A program made the translations under genes and the position numbers. This document shows, in pieces, positions 37,009-47,109 of a stretch of 64,000 bases of DNA. Under the pieces are notes generated by a model that made no database searches, had not been told where the DNA came from, and worked only from the letters and a program-made list of their open reading frames with translations. This stretch comes from an uncultured Pseudomonadales bacterium. GTDB taxonomy: Bacteria > Patescibacteriota > Microgenomatia > UBA1400 > PJMF01. The stretch lies in NCBI GenBank assembly GCA_964650185.1, contig CAZYRN010000006.1:168-64167 (forward strand). Direction: 5' to 3'. How positions within the stretch are numbered: the first letter of the stretch is position 1; the number at the start of each line of letters is the position of its first letter.

Positions 37009-39267
37009 ATGAACCAAAAGACAAAAAATAAAATCTGGCAGTTATTAGATTCGAAAAGATCGGAATATCCTACTGAACATTTCTTGGATGTTAATTTTGT
37101 AAAAGAAATGATTGATACAAACAATTTGAATAATGAAGAGATTGATGCACTAGAAAGTATTATCCTTGGAATTCAGCGAAATAGAATTGGTGAGTATGTT
37201 ACGCCAAATAACTTGGTTAGATTTCTTACAAGAATTGTTGAGCTTAATAATTCTGATGTGGTTATTGATCCAGTCTGCGGGACCGGAAATTTCTTAAAGG
37301 AGCTTTACAAGGAAAATTCCAAAGCGAGTTACTTTGGTATAGATATAAACTCGAAGATTATCGATTGGGCTAAAGAGTTTGCTAAACACAGAGAGCAGGA
37401 GATAAACTTTCTTAACCAAAATTCTCTAGAAGATTTCCCTACTACAGTGCCAAAAGCTAATTACATCTTCGCAAACTTGCCGTTTGGAGCAAAAGTCAAT
37501 AATAAACATCTGATAGAAAACTATGAGATACAGTCAAAAGAATTAGATATTTTACTGATACAAAAAATAATTAAATCCCTTAAGCAAGATGGGATAGCAT
37601 TTATCATTGCAACAGAAGGGCTTTTGTTCCGAAAATCTGCTGAAAGATTACGACAATTCATTTCTGAAAAAGCCTCTCTTGATGCAATCATATCTCTTCC
37701 CTCTGGGACGTTTGCACCATATACAAACATTAAAACGTCTGTACTAATTATCAGTAATAGAAAAAAGAATAAAACAGCCCTCTATGAACTAGAAAATATC
37801 CGTGAAGATAGTAAGGTTATAGAAGATATAAGAGCTCACCTTTCAGGCGAACAAACATCATATGGAGAGGTAATAGAGAACTTTAGCCAAAGAGAGAGTT
37901 GGTCAGTAAGTAGATACTATGGCGAAGTTAATAGGCAACGTCTATTGGATGCAATACCTCACAAATATGAACTAAAGAAGATTAAAGACATTTGTGAAAT
38001 AAAAACTCTAAGCCCGCAAGATATTGAGCGAGAAGAAATTGACTTAATAATCTCAAGCACATATAACCCTGGGAAACTACTTTCTTTAGAAGATATTCAA
38101 GATAAAAGCAGTAAAGCAAGGTACTTTACTCTAAAGATAACGGATCCTAAAGTTTCAAAAGATTACCTAAAGTTATTATTAAACAGTAGATATGCAAGCT
38201 TAGAAGAAGCATCTACCGGAATGACTATAAAGTCACTGAACAAAAAGGCGCTGGAAGATTTTGAAATCCCCATTGTTGATGAAGAAGTGCAGAATCATCT
38301 TGAAATCAAGATTAATAACATCGAATCTTTTAAAGACAAAGTAACGAGTTTAATAACAGAAATTAGGAAGGTCGAAGAAGGAGACATATTCAACTTCGAT
38401 TATGACCCCGAAAGTAGTTTGAATTCTATACTGGATAGCTCAATCCAATATCACGAATCTCTACCAAAACCTATTGCCTTAAGTTATTTCTCATATAGAA
38501 ATACACAGAACATTGATAAGAAATTTGACAGCATAGTTACTAGTTATTCAACAATTGTTAAGACACTGGGACTCATTTCTCTTATCGGCCTCTCAACTAT
38601 AGATGACGAGAGCTTGCCTAATAAAATAAGGGCCGAAATTAATCCATCACGGCCAATATCAGATGGGGTTTGGGGGAAACTAGTTCAACTAGCAGTAAAA
38701 AGATGTAAAGACATGAACTGCTTTCTATCTGATGAACTTAAATATATTGACTATAAAGAAATAGTTTCTTTGACTAACGAACTAACAGCAAATCGCAATA
38801 AAAAAGCTCATAACACCAAATCGTACTCAAAAATTCAAAAAGAAGCATTCATTGCAAGATTTCAAAACGATCTTGAGAGATTATTAGATCTGTTTTCCTT
38901 TCTATCGAAAGCACCGCTAGTCTACTTTGAAAAAACCGAAAAATTCCCCCCTCAAAAGATAGTACATACAGTCAGATATCTTGTCGGTGATGATATGCAC
39001 GATAAGGAAGACAACATTGAACTCCGTGAGGATTTTTACCAAACACTTTACTTGCTGAAAAATATACCGAACAAGAGTATCTCAATGTACCCACTTATGA
39101 TTTATGAGGATTCCGTAGAAATTGAATCGAAAGATATTTTTTTGTTCTCTGGATTAGATAAACGGGATAATCCTTACTATCTGAGCCTAAATAAGGGAGA
39201 GAAAATAGTAAGAGAAGAATACAGAGACGACGTCCATAGAGTATTTTATTACATATCAGAAAAATGA
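37009..39267 (+). CDS. N6-methyltransferase + single TRD + C-terminal HEPN-like domain fusion
   Basis: GEYVTP, DPVCGTGNFL, NLPF and F.PYT.IKT; TRD-like KIKDICEI...DYLKLLLNS...TGMTIKSLN..LEDFEIP...VQ; helical C-terminus with RNKKAH. Confidence 0.75.
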   Translation: MNQKTKNKIWQLLDSKRSEYPTEHFLDVNFVKEMIDTNNLNNEEIDALESIILGIQRNRIGEYVTPNNLVRFLTRIVELNNSDVVIDPVCGTGNFLKELYKENSKASYFGIDINSKIIDWAKEFAKHREQEINFLNQNSLEDFPTTVPKANYIFANLPFGAKVNNKHLIENYEIQSKELDILLIQKIIKSLKQDGIAFIIATEGLLFRKSAERLRQFISEKASLDAIISLPSGTFAPYTNIKTSVLIISNRKKNKTALYELENIREDSKVIEDIRAHLSGEQTSYGEVIENFSQRESWSVSRYYGEVNRQRLLDAIPHKYELKKIKDICEIKTLSPQDIEREEIDLIISSTYNPGKLLSLEDIQDKSSKARYFTLKITDPKVSKDYLKLLLNSRYASLEEASTGMTIKSLNKKALEDFEIPIVDEEVQNHLEIKINNIESFKDKVTSLITEIRKVEEGDIFNFDYDPESSLNSILDSSIQYHESLPKPIALSYFSYRNTQNIDKKFDSIVTSYSTIVKTLGLISLIGLSTIDDESLPNKIRAEINPSRPISDGVWGKLVQLAVKRCKDMNCFLSDELKYIDYKEIVSLTNELTANRNKKAHNTKSYSKIQKEAFIARFQNDLERLLDLFSFLSKAPLVYFEKTEKFPPQKIVHTVRYLVGDDMHDKEDNIELREDFYQTLYLLKNIPNKSISMYPLMIYEDSVEIESKDIFLFSGLDKRDNPYYLSLNKGEKIVREEYRDDVHRVFYYISEK

Positions 39268-42200
39268 AAACAAACTTTACATTTCTACAAAAAGACTGGC
39301 CGCAGATTTATGAAGAAGCTTTACAAGCCGAACAGCATGGGTTCACAGCCCCGCGTACTTCTGTATTTTATGCCCGCCGGACAATAGAGCTAGTCATAAA
39401 CTGGCTTTATTTGCATGATCCGGATTTGCAACAGCCTTATGAAACCCATCTGGCAGCACTCATGCATGAACCGAGCTTTAAAAAGCTGCTGCCATATAAC
39501 CTCTTTCATTTAATAAACTACATTCGCAAGATCGGCAATCAAGCCGTTCATAGCAGAAAGCCAATCAGTGAAAAAGAATCACTTGCTGCATTAAGGAATC
39601 TTTATAACTTCTGCGAATGGATGGCAAAGCAGTATAGCCAGGAACAGCCGGAATTCCCTCAATATAGTGAATCAATAATTCCTCGCGATGGTGAGCAAGA
39701 TAAAAATGCTGAAGAATTAAGACAATTACAAGAGCAGCTTGATTCTAAAAACCAAGACTTTGAACAGCAGAAACTACTTTTAGTCGAATATGAAGAAGAG
39801 CTTAAAGAACTACGGGCTCAGGTCAAGATAACCAAAGAGAAGAATATAAAGACTGTTAGCCAGAAAGATTATTCAGAAGCAGAAACTCGCGAATTATTTA
39901 TCGACTTGTTGCTTAAAGAAGCTGGTTGGGATCCACAGGGAGAAAACGTAGCTGAGTACGAAGTGGAAGGTATGCCAAATAACAAAGGTATTGGATATGT
40001 AGATTATGTTTTATGGGGAGACGATGGGCTACCTTTGGGTTTGGTAGAAGCGAAGCGAACAACTCATGATGCCCAAAAAGGACAACGACAAGCTGAACTT
40101 TACGCTGATGCACTAGAAAGAAAATACGGACAAAGACCAGTAATATTCTATACCAATGGATACGATCATTGGATCTGGGAAGATGACATGTATCCTCCCC
40201 GACCGATCCAGGGTTTCTATACCAAGGATCAACTGCAAACAATGATTAATCGTCGTAATGCTCGAAAAAGTCTACTTGATGCTCCGGTGAACGATGAAAT
40301 TGCGGGAAGATACTATCAGAAACTGGCTATTCAACATGTCTTAGAGCAGTTTGAACAGAAGGATCGACGTTCATTGATAGTAATGGCAACAGGAACCGGC
40401 AAGACCAGAGTTTCCATTGCGTTAGTTGAACTTCTGATGAAGCAAGGTTGGATAAAAAATGTTTTATTCCTGGCAGATAGAAATGCTCTGTTAACTCAAG
40501 CAAAAGCAGCCTTTAATGATCTCTATCCGGAAGCAACAACAGTAGATATCACAAAAGAAAAAGAGGAAACAACATCAAGAATAGTTTTCTCCACCTACCC
40601 TACTATGATGAATATGATCGATGAAGCCAAGAAAGACGGAGTAAAAAGGTTTGGTGTCGGACGATTTGATTTGATTATTATTGATGAAGCTCATAGAAGT
40701 GTGTACCAAAAATATGGTGCTATCTTTGACTATTTTGATTCTTTGCTTATTGGTTTGACTGCTACACCAAAAGCAGAAGTGGACCACAACACCTATGAAC
40801 TATTTGGTTTGGAAGATCACAATCCTACATATTCTTATGAGTTAGATCAGGCAGTTGAGGATGGGTTTTTAGTTCCGCCTAGGCAAATTGAAGTGCCAAC
40901 CAAATTTTTATCGGAAGGTTTAACATATGACGAATTAAGTGATGAAGAAAAAGAAATGTATGAGATGACCTTTGAAGATGATGAAGGTCAACTACCTCTA
41001 ATGATTGCTCCCTCGCATTTTAATGATTGGGTGTTTAATACCGATACTATTGACAGTGTTTTAGCATATTTAATGGAAAACGGTATTAAAGTAGAAGGCG
41101 GAGATAGATTGGGTAAAACAATAATCTTTGCCAAAAATCATAAACACGCCATGTTTATTCAGGAGCGGTTTAATAAAAACTACCCATATTATGGTGGACG
41201 AGTTTTGCGGGTAATCGATAACTATGCGGATTATTCCCATACCTTAATCGATGAATTTAAGCAAAACAAGCCTGACAGTCCTTATATTGCAGTATCAGTA
41301 GATATGTTGGATACCGGAATTGATATTCCGGAAATTGTTAATTTAGTATTTTTTAAAATTACCAGGTCAAAAGCTAAATTCTGGCAAATGATAGGTCGTG
41401 GAACCCGTTTATGTCCCAAGTTGTTTGGCCCTGAAAGTCCTGAAGATGATAAGAAAGAATTCTTAATTTTTGATTTTTGTGGGAATTTCGAGTTCTTTAA
41501 AGTCAACCCTGAAGGAATTAAAGGCACAGCTCAGAAATCATTATCACAACTCATCTTTGAAAAACGTGTAGAGCTTGCTCATGAGTTACAAAGCGGCACT
41601 TATACAGATAACCAGGCTTTACAAGAACTGCGAACTAGTTTGCTAAACATCCTACATGAAGATGTATCACAGATGGATCCGCTAAGTTTTAACCTACGCA
41701 ATCACAAACGATACATTGATGAGTTTAGCAACAGAGATCGCTGGAATAACTTGAGCAAACAGGATGTGATCGACATTAATGAGCACATTGCTCCGTTTTC
41801 AAACTTAGTTGTTGATGAGGATGAGTTTGCCAGAAGATTTGATTCACTTATGCTGACGCTGCAAGTTGAGATGCTCAAAGACAACAGGAAACCAACTAAC
41901 AGTAAGCGACGGGTCATGACACTTGCAGAACTTCTTTTTGAGAAAGCTAATATTCCTGCTGTAGCTGAAAAGATCTCAACGATAAATAAGGTGCGAGAAG
42001 ACGCATTTTGGGAAAATCCATCAGTAGAAGAACTTGAAGAGGTACGAAGGGATCTTCGTGACTTAATCAAGCTGCTTGATCCACCAGACAGGAAAGCTGT
42101 TTACACTAATTTTACTGATACTGTTTATGACCCGGTGAGTACTGGAGGAAGTGCTATTGGAGACCGTCCGAATAGAGAAAACTATTTGAAAAGAGTACAG

Positions 42201-42659
42201 TCAATTATTCGAGAAAATGAATTTGTAACAGCGATTCAAAAAATTAGAAACAATGAAAAATTGGATGAAATGGATATTAAAGAGATAGAAGCTTTATTGA
42301 TAAACAGTTCATATGACATTGATAAAACAAAAATCGAGGAAATTCTTTCAGGACAGACATTAGGTGAATTTATTCGTGGACTGGTGGGGCTTGATAAAGA
42401 TGCTGCCAAAGCAGCCTTTGCAGAATTGATGCAAAAAAGAAATTTGAATGCAGCGCAGATGCAGTTTTTGGATAAAGTCATAGATCACATCGTAGCAACG
42501 GGCATTGTTAAGCCGGGCGATTTGTATGATCAACCATTCACCTTTTTAGATGACAGGGGTATTGATGGCGTATTTGAAGAAGCTGATAGAGATTATATAT
42601 TTGGAGTCTTAACTGGCATTAGGGCAAACGCACAGTTTGGGTTTGGAGGAATGGCATGA
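39264..42659 (+). CDS. hsdR: Type I R-M restriction subunit (DUF4145 N-terminus, EcoEI-type C-terminus)
   Basis: VDY...VEAK nuclease motif, MATGTGKT, DEAH, TATP and QMIGRGTR. Confidence 0.96.
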   Translation: MKTNFTFLQKDWPQIYEEALQAEQHGFTAPRTSVFYARRTIELVINWLYLHDPDLQQPYETHLAALMHEPSFKKLLPYNLFHLINYIRKIGNQAVHSRKPISEKESLAALRNLYNFCEWMAKQYSQEQPEFPQYSESIIPRDGEQDKNAEELRQLQEQLDSKNQDFEQQKLLLVEYEEELKELRAQVKITKEKNIKTVSQKDYSEAETRELFIDLLLKEAGWDPQGENVAEYEVEGMPNNKGIGYVDYVLWGDDGLPLGLVEAKRTTHDAQKGQRQAELYADALERKYGQRPVIFYTNGYDHWIWEDDMYPPRPIQGFYTKDQLQTMINRRNARKSLLDAPVNDEIAGRYYQKLAIQHVLEQFEQKDRRSLIVMATGTGKTRVSIALVELLMKQGWIKNVLFLADRNALLTQAKAAFNDLYPEATTVDITKEKEETTSRIVFSTYPTMMNMIDEAKKDGVKRFGVGRFDLIIIDEAHRSVYQKYGAIFDYFDSLLIGLTATPKAEVDHNTYELFGLEDHNPTYSYELDQAVEDGFLVPPRQIEVPTKFLSEGLTYDELSDEEKEMYEMTFEDDEGQLPLMIAPSHFNDWVFNTDTIDSVLAYLMENGIKVEGGDRLGKTIIFAKNHKHAMFIQERFNKNYPYYGGRVLRVIDNYADYSHTLIDEFKQNKPDSPYIAVSVDMLDTGIDIPEIVNLVFFKITRSKAKFWQMIGRGTRLCPKLFGPESPEDDKKEFLIFDFCGNFEFFKVNPEGIKGTAQKSLSQLIFEKRVELAHELQSGTYTDNQALQELRTSLLNILHEDVSQMDPLSFNLRNHKRYIDEFSNRDRWNNLSKQDVIDINEHIAPFSNLVVDEDEFARRFDSLMLTLQVEMLKDNRKPTNSKRRVMTLAELLFEKANIPAVAEKISTINKVREDAFWENPSVEELEEVRRDLRDLIKLLDPPDRKAVYTNFTDTVYDPVSTGGSAIGDRPNRENYLKRVQSIIRENEFVTAIQKIRNNEKLDEMDIKEIEALLINSSYDIDKTKIEEILSGQTLGEFIRGLVGLDKDAAKAAFAELMQKRNLNAAQMQFLDKVIDHIVATGIVKPGDLYDQPFTFLDDRGIDGVFEEADRDYIFGVLTGIRANAQFGFGGMA

Positions 42660-43534
42660 GTATAAACGACAAAATTAAATATGAAGTAGCCCTCTCTTTT
42701 GCAGGTGAGCAACGCGACTACGTTAGAAAAGTTGCAGAAGTTTTAAAGGACAATAACGTCGATTGTTATTTTGATGAATTTGATGAAATAGAGTTATGGG
42801 GCAAGTATATGCCTGATCGCTTTCAAGAAGTTATGGGAGATAAGTCGAAGTACGCAGTAATATTTATTTCAGAAGAGTATAAAAATAAGTTTTATACAAA
42901 TTTAGAAAGAATGACATTGTTGACCTCTGATTTATTTAGAGAAGGTCGGTTACTTCCAGCAAAATTTGATGATACAAAGTTGCCTGGATTACCTGATGGT
43001 ATTAATTACGTGACTTTAAAAGATTTATCACCTGAAGAGTTTGCTAAAAAAATTATGCGGAAGATTGGTACCAAGACCAGTAAAGACGTAGTAGAAAATA
43101 AAGTGGCTGATTTTTATATACCAAAAACAAGAAAGTCTGTTAATCCAATTACACAACGGAAGGAATGGATTAAATATATTACTCAAGAGCTTAAAAGGCG
43201 TGCTGTAAAAGTCGATGGACTAGAGATGGACGATGATGATGAAGGATCACATCATAGAATATTGTTTCACTACAATGGAAAGACACTTGTCTCAATAAGA
43301 ATTATAAAAAACAGTATAGGGAATGATGGATTAGCTTTTGGGTTTGATTATGGCTATTCTTCTACTGGTGGCATGAACGCTTGGGGAGATTTTGATTGGA
43401 GTTTGGAGAAGGATGAGGAAATATTGAAAGTGCATGGAATGAGTTCCTTGGGAGATGGAGAATATACTAAAAAAGATTTAGTAGATGCACTGTGGAAAAA
43501 AATTACAAAGCACGTTGATGAGGAAAATACTTGA
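42656..43534 (+). CDS. TIR-domain protein
   Basis: YEVALSFAGEQRDYV..VA..L, F...LWGK and FIS..Y..K.YT.LE (catalytic Glu position); ATGA overlap with hsdR. Confidence 0.88.
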   Translation: MSINDKIKYEVALSFAGEQRDYVRKVAEVLKDNNVDCYFDEFDEIELWGKYMPDRFQEVMGDKSKYAVIFISEEYKNKFYTNLERMTLLTSDLFREGRLLPAKFDDTKLPGLPDGINYVTLKDLSPEEFAKKIMRKIGTKTSKDVVENKVADFYIPKTRKSVNPITQRKEWIKYITQELKRRAVKVDGLEMDDDDEGSHHRILFHYNGKTLVSIRIIKNSIGNDGLAFGFDYGYSSTGGMNAWGDFDWSLEKDEEILKVHGMSSLGDGEYTKKDLVDALWKKITKHVDEENT

Positions 43535-44070
43535 TGAAAAGACAAATATTAGAAAAGCTTGATAACTCCCTGAGAAACTTTAAATCTGAAGCTGATGTGG
43601 TTTATATTTTGACGAGAATTGGAAAAATTCTAGAAATTGATGAAAAGAAACAAGATTATCCCGTTATTAACTTTTACCGTAATTGGTCCGTTCACAAACA
43701 AATTGACGATGTTGGCAATGTCAGACATTATTTAGAGGATTTCATTCATAACAAAGAGAATCGTGACAGCCTACTTTTTCATAAACCACTTTTTGAAGAA
43801 CTCAATTTATTTTCTAAAAATTACTCAGTGTCAAATTTAAGCGGGGAACAAGCAGCTGATTTTGCCTATCTATTAGGAAAAGTGATTTCAGATACTCCAG
43901 TTTTTATAAAATTTGATAGAACACATTACGAAATTTCAATTAGCGAACCAGTCAGTCGTGATCAAAGTGGAACTTACAAAATAAGCGTAAAAGTGAACGT
44001 TGAGCCTGTAAAAATGAAAATTACAACACCTCCCGTAGAGGCTAAGTATGAAGAAAAAGTGTCGAATTAA
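43534..44070 (+). CDS. Hypothetical protein with an RxxxxH (HEPN-like) motif
   Basis: FYRNWSVH within a helical N-terminus; TGATG coupling to the TIR gene. Confidence 0.6.
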   Translation: MKRQILEKLDNSLRNFKSEADVVYILTRIGKILEIDEKKQDYPVINFYRNWSVHKQIDDVGNVRHYLEDFIHNKENRDSLLFHKPLFEELNLFSKNYSVSNLSGEQAADFAYLLGKVISDTPVFIKFDRTHYEISISEPVSRDQSGTYKISVKVNVEPVKMKITTPPVEAKYEEKVSN

Positions 44071-46295
44071 GATTTAGGGAATACGCCCTCAAACCACATT
44101 ATCGCTGCCTCCCCTTCTTTTTTGGTGATCTCATCTACGCTTCTACTGTGTCTTATACTGTTTCTAAGTTCAGATAATTGTGTAAATTTGTTATTAAGCA
44201 TCTCTTTATTGTTAAATACACTTGAAAATCTTTCCCATAAAGCATTGTTTGTGATAGTGTCTTGTAGATCTCTAAGGTCGAAGAATTCTAGTTTCCCTTT
44301 AAGTTTATTGTAGTACTTCTCATCTAAAGCAGGATTTCGTTTAGCTGACTTTGCCACTCTGTCATTAACTTTATCTTTAATGTGTTGTGGAATATCATCC
44401 TCTTTTTCATCCAGTGTAACTGAGATTAAACTTCTTAGTTGAAGCTCAACCTGCTCTATCTTCTCATCAAGTTCTCTTAGCGCTGGTGAAAGGTCAAGAC
44501 GTTCCTTGATCAGTAAATTTTCTATTGCTTCTTGAATGGTTCGTTGCCTTTCGGCAATAAATTCTTCAAAGTCATCCGGTGTAAAAGGATCGCGCATCAA
44601 TATTTCCTGAGCTTTAGGAGAAATAAAATGTGATTCTAGAATTCCTCTAACAGTACTTTCCCCGTTTGATTCGATTAGTTCAGGTAAATATTCGTTGGGC
44701 AGTCTGTCGTTAATGACTTTTCTATTGGTATCTGAAGTTAACGGTGTTCTATTGAGGATAGTATGTATCTTGCTGTCCCCCAAATGCTTCGATCCCCAAG
44801 AAGAAGGTACAATATGATGGTCATCCAGATCGCCATGTTGCGGAATATTCCCTGTCATCCAGTCTCTTGCTCCTTGAAGCACTAATAAATTAAACACACC
44901 ATTATAAATAGATGAACCTCTCTTTACTTCCTTTTTAAGATCTAGATTCCTAAATCTGGTCTTAAATTCAAGTATTAATGCCGGTTCAAGTGAATCATCT
45001 TCCATCCATGCTTTTACATCAAGAAAATCTCTGGCAGTAGTTGATTCGACTGAACCAGAATATCGATTGGTAAACACAGATGCCCAGTACCAATGTCGGA
45101 TTTTCCTTTGTGCATCAAGCTGCTTGTTGGACGATAAAGTCTTTACATGAGCTTGAAGCGAGGCGAATGCAGGTAATATCGAGATATAAGGCAAATAATC
45201 AGAAGAGGTCACACCAAACTCTTGTGGGTGGCTAATCAATTTTATAGCGTGTTCAAGAGCTGAGACTGCGTTGTTCCAGCTAGATTCAAATTCATCGGGA
45301 TTTTGCACTAAAATTTCTTTGCGACGGGTTCCATCCGGCTCGCGGATCGGTTTTTCTTGTCCAGGTAGCAAATAGTACAAATATTTAGGCGAACAATATG
45401 CTTGCTTTAAAATTGACATTACTTGAAGAATATATACATTCATTTTCTCTGTATTCACAAATTCTAGCTTGGAGGAGGCTTCGCGCCACATGTGCTTTAG
45501 TTGTAAGCCTTTAGGTTTTAAGAGAGCGTTTATAAGGTCAAAAATATCTAGTCGGACACCCTTGCTGTTTATTTGAGTGAAGATATCGCAAACTTTGTCG
45601 ATAGCCAGATCCTGATCTAGTTCAATATATGAAATTTGGTACTGCTCAGTTATTTCTTTAAGATGTTCACCAAATACGTGTGCATTTTGAGCATGAGTTA
45701 GAGCTAGTTTTTGTTCTTCTTCATTGTCATTAATAGATTCTGCTTTTTCTTTCCAATATTGTTCGTACTCTTGAACCCAATTTGGTAATTCCCAGCCTCC
45801 TTGGCCAATAATAGCCAGTGGAAAAATATGCTCTTTAAATTGAATCGTTCGATCACGCATTAATTTTGACCAACGCCTAGTAAGCCACTCATAACTAAAG
45901 GCATCGTCGAATTCATCGTTCATAAACTTATCTATTCGAACAAAGTAGTAGCATCTGCTTGACCGACTCGGCAGGGGAAGATCGGGAGCTAAAAATGCGT
46001 AATAGATTGCTGTTAAGCGTTGCTGACCATCTAGAACTATGTATTCGCGGTTTTCAGGTCCGGAATAACCATAAATATCCTCACAGGATAAGGCTTCAAA
46101 GTTTTCTTTTTTTCCCTTCCAGAGGAGTAAGCTGCCAATGTAATAATCTAGAAAAATGGAGCGCATGAGACTCTGTATATCCCAAGGTTTCCATTCAAAT
46201 TCACGTTGGAAATCCGGAATCACAAAACGACCTTCTTTTAGCCTATGAACGAGAGTATTTAGACTGACGTGATCTGGTTTTTGTGCATTTTTCAT
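44067..46295 (-). CDS. GmrSD-family type IV restriction protein (DUF262 + DUF1524/HNH) with C-terminal Swt1-like HEPN domain
   Basis: IPDFQREFEW, LDGQQRLT, F..IN..G, DDHHIVP...N....L....N and C-terminal LRNSIRH. Confidence 0.87.
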   Translation of the reverse strand: MKNAQKPDHVSLNTLVHRLKEGRFVIPDFQREFEWKPWDIQSLMRSIFLDYYIGSLLLWKGKKENFEALSCEDIYGYSGPENREYIVLDGQQRLTAIYYAFLAPDLPLPSRSSRCYYFVRIDKFMNDEFDDAFSYEWLTRRWSKLMRDRTIQFKEHIFPLAIIGQGGWELPNWVQEYEQYWKEKAESINDNEEEQKLALTHAQNAHVFGEHLKEITEQYQISYIELDQDLAIDKVCDIFTQINSKGVRLDIFDLINALLKPKGLQLKHMWREASSKLEFVNTEKMNVYILQVMSILKQAYCSPKYLYYLLPGQEKPIREPDGTRRKEILVQNPDEFESSWNNAVSALEHAIKLISHPQEFGVTSSDYLPYISILPAFASLQAHVKTLSSNKQLDAQRKIRHWYWASVFTNRYSGSVESTTARDFLDVKAWMEDDSLEPALILEFKTRFRNLDLKKEVKRGSSIYNGVFNLLVLQGARDWMTGNIPQHGDLDDHHIVPSSWGSKHLGDSKIHTILNRTPLTSDTNRKVINDRLPNEYLPELIESNGESTVRGILESHFISPKAQEILMRDPFTPDDFEEFIAERQRTIQEAIENLLIKERLDLSPALRELDEKIEQVELQLRSLISVTLDEKEDDIPQHIKDKVNDRVAKSAKRNPALDEKYYNKLKGKLEFFDLRDLQDTITNNALWERFSSVFNNKEMLNNKFTQLSELRNSIRHSRSVDEITKKEGEAAIMWFEGVFPKS

Positions 46296-46325
46296 AATTG
46301 TCCTGATTATACCAAGAAAAACATC

Positions 46326-46739
46326 TTATAGGTTATTATTTATCAATTCATCAATTTTTTCACTGCTGGCTAGGTCTGTGGTTCGTAGTTCTATAAAATT
46401 GAAATTATTCTCAGTCAAAGCTTTTCTAACAAACTCATCCCGCGCTTTTCTTGATTTCCATGAGTGGGTTGAGTCGTTAAGTTCAATTATCAGTCTAGGG
46501 TTCATATCTTTATCGAAAATCACAAAATCTACAAAAAGTTTATTAAGCCAATCAAACTTTCCGGCTAAATCGTTTGTGTCATCTTTTACCTCAAGTATGG
46601 TTGATAAATGAAGCTGAGGGAAAACAAAGTAATCTTTCAATGCTTCATTGTTCTCTAGAATACTAAATAGCTTCAGTTCATTCCCAGTCAGAAAACGCTG
46701 TTTTCTTTTGAATGGATTTAGCTTTCCTTGTAAGAACAT
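46326..46739 (-). CDS. DUF2726-domain protein (PD-(D/E)xK-like); 5' end abuts the IS
   Basis: LT..E..., VFPQ, VDFVI, IELNDSTH and RD motifs. Confidence 0.82.
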   Translation of the reverse strand: MFLQGKLNPFKRKQRFLTGNELKLFSILENNEALKDYFVFPQLHLSTILEVKDDTNDLAGKFDWLNKLFVDFVIFDKDMNPRLIIELNDSTHSWKSRKARDEFVRKALTENNFNFIELRTTDLASSEKIDELINNNL

Positions 46740-46802
46740 GACCCGCTCCCCTTATAGTTGTCACTAATTGTAATAAAATTAGTTTACTAGAAAGGAGCAA
46801 GC

Positions 46803-47060
46803 ATGGCAGGAATTTCCAATGAAATTAAAACTGAGGTTATTGCTAAAGTTAAAACTGGTCAAAAAGTTTCAGAATTATCCAAACAATATGGGGTCAGTGA
46901 CAAAACAATTTATAATTGGCTGCGAGGTCAGGTGACCGAGCAAGTTAGTTACCGAGAATATAAACGGGTGATGAAGGAGAATGAGGATTTAAAAAAAATC
47001 CTAGGAGTACTAACACTCGAGTTAGAGAAATCAAAAAAAAAGACGTACCGAAACAGCTAA
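46803..47060 (+). CDS. IS3 transposase OrfA (HTH)
   Basis: VSELSKQYGVSDKTIYNW HTH; A9 slippery run near the 3' end. Confidence 0.88.
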   Translation: MAGISNEIKTEVIAKVKTGQKVSELSKQYGVSDKTIYNWLRGQVTEQVSYREYKRVMKENEDLKKILGVLTLELEKSKKKTYRNS

Positions 47061-47109
47061 GCAAGTTAGTCATCTTCACCCTGAGTTAACTAAAAAGTTT
47101 GTAGCAGAG

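Noticed and set aside
35900-39267. Shufflon-type hsdS phase variation by the serine recombinase
   Set aside because: No inverted silent hsdS copy or shared inverted repeats were seen; the extra TRD is co-oriented and fused within another protein.
42656-43534. Calling the TIR gene Thoeris or CBASS
   Set aside because: No ThsA-type effector or nucleotidyltransferase in the window.
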